A stretch of DNA of 64,000 nucleotides from positions 10,838,184 to 10,902,183 of the forward strand of contig OZ316895.1 of the NCBI GenBank assembly GCA_973895155.1. The letters run 5' to 3'. The notes beneath the pieces are model-generated. The model did no database searches. It saw only the letters and a program-made list of their open reading frames with translations, and was not told where the DNA came from. A program made the position numbers and the translations under genes. The DNA is from Marsupella aquatica (lineage: Eukaryota > Plantae > Marchantiophyta). Positions 53,989-64,000 of this stretch are shown here, in pieces; position 1 is the stretch's first letter, and every line of letters starts with the position of its first letter.

Positions 53989-55374
53989 ATCCTGTTTCTG
54001 AATCTCTTACTCAATGTTGGAGAATGTCTTCAACGACATCACCAAAGAGTTAAGCCCAGCCTTATAAATCTCGTACTGACTCCTGAACTCCTGGTTGCTT
54101 GGTTGATGACATTGAAAGTCATATCAGATTTATAAACTTTTACTCATGTAATGGTTAGGTCTACATTGGAGGGAAGCCTTATCCTGTTCTAAGAGTCATG
54201 AAGCCATACTGTACATTAACCTCAAACTCTGGATAGCAACGTCCATAATTTATTTTGCGAAGGGGAATCACGACGAAAAAAGCTGCCAATGATACAACAA
54301 AAACTTTTCAATGGACAGTACGCAAAGTGGAGCATTATACCTGATTAGTAGTTGCCTAACTGACTTAATCAGTATAATTACTGACATCCAAAGAGGCCCT
54401 GGGATCATCGATCTCTTTATCCACATGGGGATGCCATTGGATTCATTTGGTGTACCTACTATGCTCCGTATCCATTAAGAAATTAAGAGACTGCATTTTG
54501 TAGTACCACTTCTCTAAATATTTTAGGGGAATGTTAATTAGTCGCCATGCTTCTGATATTAGTATCAAATAGTCATGGTTGGAGAGATCAAGGGTTCAAT
54601 TCTCGTCTATCAATGGGACTTTTCTTGAGTAGATCTTTATCTTGAAGGCGTCCCTCGCCGGGACTGGTACCTTGACCTTTGGGTATGAAGCGATAATAGA
54701 GACCTTGGAAAGTTAACGCCACTTGAAGCTGCACAGAGTGGAAATTGAAATTGTCAACTTCAAACACCAATCGTAGCTGTTGAGAGCAGCTGATGCAATT
54801 CTCAGCCTCAAACTGGCGCCGATCGAGAGGCAATTGAAAACTAGTTGAAATGGGAATCATAGTTGTACGCAGAGGAAGAAGAAGCTCTTCCAAATGCAAT
54901 CTTAGCTACCGAAACAGAGTGTGTGAGTGAAGTGAGTGAGTGAGACAGAGAGTTGGATTCTTACCTTCAAATGACAATCACATCGATGCAGCTGTGGGCA
55001 GAGCAATTGGAATGTCGATTTCAATGTCAAATGCAAACCCGTGCAGAGGAAAGGATGTTGTACTTATCAACCTCAAATCCCACTCATTGCAAGAGAGAAC
55101 TCGATGCCCAGGACGCAACCAATACCCAGCATCACAGTGAGCAGTCGCCTTTAGGTGCTAGACGGACAAAATCGTCCCATAACGAAAGCCCGATGAGCAC
55201 CTTACTTAAGTTCACCATGTATAAGTACATTCCGTGGTTAAGTGCAGGCTGGTTGTTTAGTCCCCTAATATTAAGCGCTTTCCTTTCGAAAATGCACCAA
55301 ACATTTCACACTGTACAAGTCCAGGTCGATCCTCACTAAACTACAAATATATGACTGCATTTTTGTCAGTAAGT

Positions 55375-55605
55375 TGTTTTTTTTTTTTTTTTTGGTTTGT
55401 AAGGCAATGTTTTGCAATATGAGATTCAAAAGCACCGCGGCGAAAACCAGCAGCGAAAGAGAACAACAAGCCCACAGGGCCACAACACACACACCACCAA
55501 GACCCGAGGGGCCAGTGCACGAGACACCACCACGCTGCAGCGCGGAAAACACGGCAACCAGCCCCCAGGGCGCCACCTATATCATCTTGATCATGTAAGT
55601 GTACA
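55375..55605 (-). mobile_element. short poly(A)-tailed retroelement 3' fragment
   Basis: A T16 run at ~55377-55392 (poly-A on the minus strand) adjoins a GC-rich body. It is flanked by the near-identical CTACAAATATATGA.TGCATTTTTGTC..TAAGT at 55341-55374 and 55606-55639. Confidence 0.5.
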
Positions 55606-56899
55606 CTACAAATATATGAGTGCATTTTTGTCTATAAGTGTACACATGCATTTATCAGTTCTTGCAATGAACTCATAAGAAGCAGTAGACAATTACACAA
55701 TATAGTTTCATGGACTTATTCAGTTGAATTGTGTAGCATGCGGCTCAGGGTGTGTGACCTGACAACACAACCGAGAAAGTGCTTAAACAAATTCCCATGC
55801 ACTTATTGGATAGTGCAACCATGCACATAAGGAAATTAAAGTGCACAAAGAATATCCATGCACTTGTACCATAGTGCATACCATAGACAAGTGCAGGCTT
55901 GGAGCATCTTCCAAGGAGCCTGCACGGTGTATGGCATACTGTATCTGTATGCCGGAACAGCAAAGACAAGACTTGGGCTTCAAATCTCCAAACCAACCTA
56001 TACTATAGTTTGGCCATAACCTATTCAGTAGAGTGAAACCATCAGCCACAACTTCTTTGGTATCAACCAAATTTTTATATTTAGACTGTGCTTGTGGGGC
56101 AGTGGTAGTCTGGGTAGGGGAGGCCTTCTTGAGCATACACACAAGTATTCAGGTTATTCTACTAGATGAAGATTCATTATAATGGACCAAGGATGTAGAC
56201 GAAAACTGAAATTGCAAATGCCCCTCTGACCAGCTCTTGTACAAACCCCCATCCCAAAAGTGGGGTTCACCAACACGTCTTGTACATAAAACGGTTGATA
56301 ATATATAGATATCAAATTACCAAAGAAAAGAGAGCTCTAAGCTTAAAGACCTGATCCAAAAGGCAAAAACTAGTAGAGACAGCCTTCACAAAATACCCAA
56401 CACTTGGAGCACTAGAAGTTACACTCAAGTGTGTAGGCTTCATGAGATTGACACTATGGGTTCTGGTTAGAGCTCTCCAATGGCTCTCCAGCTCAAATTG
56501 CCTTTCCCATCTCAAGGTTGGGGCCCCCGGCGCCTGGCCTTTTGGCTTGGGCAGTCTTTGCCCCCTTGATTCCCTTTTGGGTTCTTTTGAAAGAAAAGAA
56601 AGATTGTGGAAAAAAGGCAGGAAACCCAATAAAAGAACACAAGAGAAGTGACACGTAGAAAAATTTGAAGGTCAGTTAAATGCTCAATGGGAAATGCAAC
56701 ATCTAATAAACCCAAGAGGGTAACAAATGAGTTTCTAGACTGCTAAATATATACATCAAAGTGCCAAAAGGCAAGAAAGCCAAACCCGGAGACTACATCA
56801 AAGTGCCAAATGGCGAAAATGTCATACCTGGAGACAGGGTCCCAAAGGCAATGGAGCCCAAGTAAAGGGAAGGAAACAGAAGGGGGAAGGGCCTGGAAA

Positions 56900-57735
56900 T
56901 GCAAAATGGGAAGTGCAACATCTAAAAGTCGGAGTTACGAGGGTAATTAACAAATGAGTTTCTACCTGCTAAAATACTAAATGGGAAGGGCAACAGTTAA
57001 AAGTGGGACCCAAGAGGGTAATTAACAAATGAGTTTCTACCTGCTAAATGCTAAATGGGAAGGGCAACATCTAATAGTGGGACCCAACAGGGTAATTAGC
57101 AAATGAGTTTCTAGACTGCTAAATGCTAAAATGGGAACGGCAACATCTAATAGTGGGACCCAACAGGGTAATTAGCAAATGAGTTTCTAGACTGCTAAAT
57201 GCTAAAATGGGAACGGCAACATCTAATAGTGGGACCCAAGAGGGTAATTAGCAAATGAGATTCTAGACTGCTAAATGCTAAATGGGAACGGCAACATCTA
57301 ATAGTGGGACCCAACAGGGTAATTAGCAAATGAGTTTCTAGACTGCAAATTGCTAAAATGGGAACGGCAACATCTAATAGTGGGACCCAAGAGGGTAGTT
57401 AGCAAATGAGATTCTAGACTGCTAAATGCTAAATGAGAAGGGCAACATGTAATAGTGGGACCCAAGAGGGTAACAGTTGAGATTCTAGACTGCTAAATGC
57501 TAAATGGGAAGGGCAACATGTAATAGTGGGACCCAAGAGGGTAATTAGCAAGTGAGTTTCTAGACTGCTAAATGGGAAGGGCAACATGTAAAAGTGGGAC
57601 CCAGGGTAATTAGCAAATGAGTTTCTAGACTGCTAAATGCTAAATGGGAAGGGCAACATGTAAAAGTGGGACCCAAAAAAAAAGGGAAAAAAAACAGTGG
57701 GACACAAGAGATGGTAACAAATGCGTTTCTAGAAA
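56900..57735. repeat. ~75-bp minisatellite, ~11 units (plus an outlying partial copy at ~56676-56748)
   Basis: Consensus GGGTAATTAGCAAATGAGTTTCTAGACTGCTAAATGCTAAA(A)TGGGAA.GGCAACATCTAATAGTGGGACCCAA.A, head-to-tail with no unique spacers. Confidence 0.95.
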
Positions 57736-57850
57736 CTGTGGACCTGAATCAATAATAATGTTGTTCGTCGGGTGAAGCTGAAGGAGCTGCTCGACTATGA
57801 ACAACAATCGACAGGAGTGCGCGCAGAAGGAATTCGGCAAAAGGAAAACT

Positions 57851-58606
57851 ATGGCGGCCTCGGCACCAGCTTCGGCAGCGGCAGTCGAGAGCGGTGCTGC
57901 CGCTGCGACGGCACTTCGAAGCGTTCTGCAGCGCGCGCACTCTGCCGCTGAGGCCGCTTCTCGCCCCGCATCGCAGGTGAGGGTGCTTGCTGTGAGCAAA
58001 ACAAAGCCGATGTCTGCAATCAAGGAAGTTTACGACGCTGACCATCGCGACTTCGGAGAGAATTACGTCCAGGAACTCGCTGAGAAGGCCGCAGAGCTGC
58101 CGAACGACATTCGGTGGCATTTCATAGGACATTTGCAGAGCAACAAGGCCAAGGCTCTCGTCGCTGCTGTGCCGAATCTCTTCATGGTCGAGAGCGTGGA
58201 TAGCGTCAAGGTGGCCGATTACTTGGACCGAGCCGTTGCTGAGCTCGGCAGACCGCCGTTGAGAGTGCTCGTGCAAGTGAACACGAGCGGGGAAGAGTCG
58301 AAGTTCGGTGTTGAGCCCTCCAGTTGTCTCGAGCTTGCGAGGCATATCAAAGTGGAGTGCGCCAATTTGATTTTCTCAGGGCTGATGACCATTGGCATGG
58401 CTGACTACACCTCAACGCCTCTTAATTTCAGCACTTTGGCGAGCTGTCGAGAGGATGTTTGTAAGGCGATTGACTTGTCTGCAGATGAGTGTGAACTGTC
58501 GATGGGCATGTCTGCTGACTTTGAACTAGCGATAAAAATGGGCAGCACAAATGTGCGTGTGGGTTCCACAATATTTGGCGCTAGATCATATCCTGCTAAG
58601 CAATGA
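57851..58606 (+). CDS. PLPBP: pyridoxal phosphate homeostasis protein (YggS/PROSC family), intronless
   Basis: VLAVSKTKP (PLP-binding Lys), FGENYVQEL, WHFIGHLQSNK, VQVNTSGEESKFG, GLMTIG and ELSMGMSADFELAIKMGSTNVRVGSTIFGAR. Likely start is ATG 57851; an in-frame upstream ATG lies at 57797. Confidence 0.96.
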   Translation: MAASAPASAAAVESGAAAATALRSVLQRAHSAAEAASRPASQVRVLAVSKTKPMSAIKEVYDADHRDFGENYVQELAEKAAELPNDIRWHFIGHLQSNKAKALVAAVPNLFMVESVDSVKVADYLDRAVAELGRPPLRVLVQVNTSGEESKFGVEPSSCLELARHIKVECANLIFSGLMTIGMADYTSTPLNFSTLASCREDVCKAIDLSADECELSMGMSADFELAIKMGSTNVRVGSTIFGARSYPAKQ

Positions 58607-61600
58607 CTTTAAAAAATTTGTATTTGAGGAAGACTTTCATTCATTTCATTAGTTCATCGGGCAAGTTCAAACATTTGGGCCATGCGACTAACATATAACG
58701 AATTGACATCGATCATTAATTTGCTCCCATAAATTCGTGTGGACATTTAGTGAAGTAGCTCAGAGAATAACCTACGTAAACGTTAGCTGTGCAAGGTTGC
58801 TCGAGTGCCTGAAGTAGGGCGTCTCACAATTGACAGACAGATTAGGGCTCCCAAAAATCTCGAAAATGAGCTCTTGCTGCTGTTTGGATCAATTTGTTTA
58901 GGGTGTAGGGTTCACAGTTCGGTAGAAGCATTGCTACCGTACCAATGTGGATCACTCGTGAATGCGAAGGAAGTGTTTAGAATGACACTTGTGTTCACTG
59001 CAACTTAACTACCAGCTTCCCTCAAACCTTCACATCAGTACGAAGTCCATCCCAATTCTCATCCATGTAATACAAAGTTGAGCGAACACATTCATCAACT
59101 AATTTTTCTGATATACTTACAAGTTCTGAGCTGGAGGTTATGAGTTATAACCTGCCCATTCGAATGAGAGGACATCCAATATACTAAACTGCACATCCTA
59201 ATTTGAATTTTTCACATCCTCCAGGACATTTGAGGCCACTTTTATTGAGCTTTCTGAAGTCGAAGTAACTCTTTTTTTCTCGCATCACTTCGAAGCCAAC
59301 TATTGACCAAGATCGAATCGGTTATAACCTGCGTGCGCAAACACACATCCTCAATAATGAAAGTTTCGAGCTTCAACACGAAAGTCCCACTGAGACGGTT
59401 TAGTGTACATAGACAACAATGATGGTATCACAGTTGAGACGAGACTTTACGTACCTGACTAAATTGACCAGCTATACAAGGCAACACTAGCAACCCTGCG
59501 TTGCCAAATGCTCCTCCTAGTCTGTCAATCACGGCAAGCGACACGACAATCGACTTCTACGCAAAGGAATGCCAAAGCAACGTTAGTTGTTCATCATACA
59601 AATTCCCAAATTTGATAACACTTAGAATCCCTCGAGTGATGGAATAATGCTAAAAATAAGATCTTGTTCTTGCCATCATTGACAGACAAGTCTCAAGGTA
59701 ACCTTACGCATATTTCTGGAAAAGTACCTGGCTTGTCACAAGCAAGACTGCGCGAGAATTATAGTCGTCTCGGATGCAGGGTGAAGGAACAAATTTCATC
59801 AAAATCAAATTTGACACGAGATATGCGATATGTAAAGCCCTGCGAGAGAACGACAGAATCGATATGTGAATTCGGAATGACGTACAAGTTCCCTGTTCTG
59901 CTGCGGATATCCTATCGAGCTAACTTGAAAATATTATTCGTCATTTTTAGTCAAATAGAAGTTAGTTCTCCTGAACAGTTAGCACCAGAATTTCCAGGTG
60001 ACTCTGCTAAAGTCTACAGGTAAGCTACGGGAATCTTAGACTGAAGGTTCTGATTGGCTCAACTCTAAATGATCAGTTGCACAGGCTCAGTGTTTCAGAG
60101 ACCACGGTAAAGCGATAGACCAAAACACCATTTCAATTACATTCGGTGCAAAAATCCATAAATTCAATCCACTCTTGATTCTTTTTGCACAAAGAAAAGG
60201 TATTTCTCGATTCTCACAAGCCAACAGCTGAAACAATGAGTAGGTTGGACGGATCAATTTGGAGCAGCATAGATCTTGAGGTACTGAGTTGCATCCATGG
60301 TACCTGCATTTGCAACAAACAAACTTGTCAATTAGAACAAAAAAGGATTTGACGAAGATGATTATAGAATTGAAAGCCACTAGGACCCTACAAGGAGAAA
60401 GGGACAGAAAGTAACAGACAGCTAAACAGCCGAGAAAAAGAAATCCATAAACAAAAACTAAAAGAATGCAGCTCACTGGACCCATTTCTGCTCCCTGTTT
60501 GTTATGTTCCCTATCGAGGACTGATCTTCTTAGGAGAGGACGTTTTACAATGACATGGGAAGCTATGTGGGAAGGCTTTCCAAGAAGTCTAACGACAGAA
60601 AGACAAGAATCGACGCTCTTCAATAATTGATAATTCCACACTTTTCAACATAAGATTCAAATCCTATCCGACTTCATGTGTTCACCGTACAAAAAAATTC
60701 ACCATGCTCCTAACCAATTAATCATTCAGTCCCGCACAATTATAGAGCTTCGTATCAGGTCAATATCACAGCCCCACACTATCCTCCTTCGCGAGCCTTC
60801 CTTAAAATGCATCATCACAGATAGTTTTCCAGGTACCCTAGTGAATTCAATCAATTTAGTTTCTTATTTAAAAGCTTTTCTTAGATCGTATATTTTCCTA
60901 TTTTCAACTTATCGTAATACGACTTAGATTGAGGACACTTACAAGACTTTGGATGAAACCAGTAACCACAGAAACTCGTCGTCTATTCCCATCCACGAGG
61001 TTTGCTATGCCTGTAATAATTGAACAAGTTATTTAGTAAAAACACTACTAGGACATTGGAACTAAAATCAGACTTCCCTGTTGTGCTTGAGCTGTGATGA
61101 CTATCTGGGTCTGCTTCTAAATGCAGGAGTTCGCACCAACTTTGTAAGAAAGGTTACCGTTGCAATGATTAGCAGCCAGAAGACTGGTCACAACCTACTT
61201 TGTTGAGCAGAAATATTTTTAACACCTCAGATACTTGAGACACCTACCAGAGAAAGTCTCCCGAATAATCTGATCCCAAATGCAACAACCACAGGCGACC
61301 CCAACAATTAGTATTTGTGGGAGATGGTCTTCGAGTTTTCAGGAACAAGCCAAACTTGGCTAATATCGGTATATGTCCTTCAAATAAGAGAAGAAGACAA
61401 GAAATATCTACAAAAAGTTAAAATAACCGTAACAGGGGCGCACGTTCGAAACCAGCCACAAATGCTCTAACCATTTACATAAGTCATCAAGAATGCATTC
61501 TGAGCTCTTATTGCTCTTATAGATTCTTGGTAGCCTAAAAGAAGAACCCAGAAAGATTTGCGATGTGGGTAAAGTGATCACTTGGAATTAGGATAATGTC

Positions 61601-63750
61601 TGTTGCGGTAGTGAGCTCTACTGCCAGACCTCATTTATAGATACAAATAAAGCGATTGTTGACAGCTAAAAGATCGTTAAGAGTCACGTGACAATACTTT
61701 TCCCAATACAAGAGGAACGAGAAGTGTCTGAACCAAACTTTGGAGAAGTTGTCCAGGTGCGATAGACACACCAATGCCTCCTCCAACCAACATTGTAAGC
61801 GCGAATGGCATCTGGGGAAAACAGTGTCCTCGGCGGAATTTAGTGTCATCAGTCAAAATTTGCAGGTTTCTGAAACGACAGTCTTTGTCCTATATACTTC
61901 TTGCGCCCTTTCGTAGCATTAGAACCAATCTTCTCTATTGACCCTGAAATTGGCATCATGTAGTCAGAGGATACGGTAAGCGCTTAGACTGTGGGGAGAA
62001 GTTGCGTAGAGAAATGCACCGTGACAATGCTGATCAAATTTGAAAGTACGGTCATCCCTATGGCTAGAGTGGCATTTGCTCCAGCGATCTGATTTGCAAT
62101 CATCAAGACACGAATTTTGGATAGTTAAAACATCTATTTCCTTTGAGTTCTAGATTGTACCGAAATCAAGTAAGCCACAGTAGTTTCACGGGAAAAAAAT
62201 GGTTACAGCTTTATACTTATTCACAGAAGTAGGCCACAGCGAAGATAAAATCTCTAGACTGGGATTAGCTCTCTATCTTAATAAATTGATATCTCTCCTG
62301 TCCCTGAAATCCCCAGCCTGCTAAATCTAAATCAAAGCCCAGCAAGGGTACACTCCACAAGTATGAAGTCACAACTCGTCATATCTCACACTGAGTTTGG
62401 TATGGTCAGTACCTGAGTCAGGCAGACAGCACTCGAAAGTGTTGTGGGGACACATGCAAATATTGCTAGGCCTGCACAGGCCACCAGCCAGATGAGAACC
62501 AACGACTTAGTAAGACACCTCTTCCAAGATACACCTCGGAGTAATTAATAGTTCGAACAATCCTAGGTCCTGTTACAACCATGCGAGATAAATGTTATTA
62601 CAGTTCTGATTGAATTGTGTGAACATAACAAAAATGCACTGTCTCATACTTAAGATCCATACCTACAACAAGCTCTCTTGGTGACGACTGTAGCGACAAG
62701 ATGGGAATTGCTGCCAATGGTGTGATCAGGAGAATGGAGATCTGCAAACACTCGACAATGGTGTTTTATGCGCGACAGCCAGATAAGTGCCAGTTATGGA
62801 AAAATATTATCATTTTACTCGGTGTGCTATACTATAAACGACCGATAAAGGGTTGAAAAACAACAGATTCTTCCCTGTGATAACTTGAAGTGTTCTACTT
62901 TGAAAAGTCCAACTTTACTCCACTGTTGCCGACTACAAAGGTTTGCCAATATGTCAATACTAATTGTATAGCTACTCCCAGCAAAACTATCATATAGAGC
63001 TCTATTGAGAAGAAAATTGTATGCACCTTGTCGTGATTCCAAGTGCCAAATAGTTGAATGAAATAATTTCTTGCAACTACCAGCAACCAGTCACTAAAAT
63101 CTCTATTAACTAAACAGGATAGCGTCCATATTTCAACCGCAGCTATGATGTCAGAGAAGCTGAAAAAATACCAGTCCAAAAATTCCTGCTGGCCATGCTG
63201 CTACACCTTGTTGACTATCCCCGTTACGTATATTGAGGCCTACAATGAATCGGGATAACAGCGATGAGATATTGAGCTGACACTGCGATTACTTCGACGC
63301 ACCATACGACCACAAGAAAATTATCATTCCTCTTCTGACTCACTCTTCAAATTTCTGACCAGGTCCCTCACGAGAAAATAGAAACCAAGGAGGATTATTT
63401 TTAAGATCGTCATACCAGAGAGTAAGAAAATGGCACTTGTGCACCACTTTGAAAGGCCCATTTGTTGAGCAGCCCGACCGGGCGCTGGCCAAGCCAGCCC
63501 GAAGATCACTGAACTGGAAAGGGCTGATGAGAAACAAAGATAAGGCAAGTGTTTTGAAAACCGGTGAGACAACCACATAAAAGAATCAGAAGTTTGGAAG
63601 AGGAGGGCAATCTGAAAAGTGTCAAGATACAAGGTCGTTACACATAGATCATCCCAAAAACAATTTGTTCCTGCATGTAGGTACTCATTTGTAGGAAGTC
63701 TAAGTGCCAATTTAGCTATTTGGTCCATACATATTTCGACTGTCAGTGAT

Positions 63751-64000
63751 ATGGGACGTCTGCCGATAGACACTGAAAGCAAACTTAGATTTCAAAGGTT
63801 TGCTGAAGCTTCAACACCCGAAGGTACAACAAAGGACTATCTGGCTATCAAAAGCTTAACCTGACAAGTAAAATCAAAGCACGGTAGAACACCAGGAGGT
63901 TGAAACAATTGAGATAGATGCTTATCTTTGCAGGATGACGATTTCAAAGACTGGGTATGACAGGGAAAAGGCAGATGCACCAACCTACTATGAGGAAGTT
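63751..64000 (+). CDS. putative start of an unidentified multi-exon gene (runs off right edge)
   Basis: 63751-63797 (CAAAG|GTTTGC) and 63934-64000 (TTTGCAG|G) join in phase 2 to give MGRLPIDTESKLRFQRMTISKTGYDREKADAPTYYEEV, open to the window end. Confidence 0.35.

Noticed and set aside
56900-57735. CRISPR-like array
   Set aside because: Units are head-to-tail with no unique spacers, there are no cas genes, and the context is eukaryotic. It is a minisatellite.
57640-58345. 198-aa and 127-aa minus-strand ORFs
   Set aside because: Antisense shadows of the GC-rich PLPBP CDS.
60087-60641. 184-aa Cys/hydrophobic minus-strand ORF
   Set aside because: GTG start, T-rich non-coding-like composition, and no splice partners or motif.

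Overview
Eukaryotic nuclear DNA from a land plant with spliceosomal GT-AG introns. A MORN3-type axonemal gene suggests a flagellated-sperm lineage, probably a bryophyte such as a liverwort (inference). Exons were assembled by hand. In order, the genes are: the 5' part of an organelle-targeted RlmN-family radical SAM RNA methyltransferase (minus, runs off the left edge); a 5-exon ~422-aa uncharacterised gene (plus); a COP10/UBE2E-type E2 that keeps its catalytic Cys (minus); a secreted 8-Cys protein with a fungal KP4/Ecp2-like look; an intronless tau GST; a 5-exon CYP71-clan P450; a 2-exon secreted 6-Cys peptide precursor missing from the ORF track; MORN3; an intronless PLPBP/YggS gene behind a ~75-bp minisatellite with ten GTGGGACCC sites; and a possible gene start at the right edge. 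The 13-30 kb interval is repeat and TE debris, including a decayed CACTA transposase. There are no CRISPR arrays or intact rRNA/tRNA genes. The best leads are the two small secreted Cys-rich genes flanking the GST and P450 (a candidate defence island), the catalytically intact COP10-like E2, and the uncharacterised possibly flagellar gene. Family assignments come from motif recall, not database searches.
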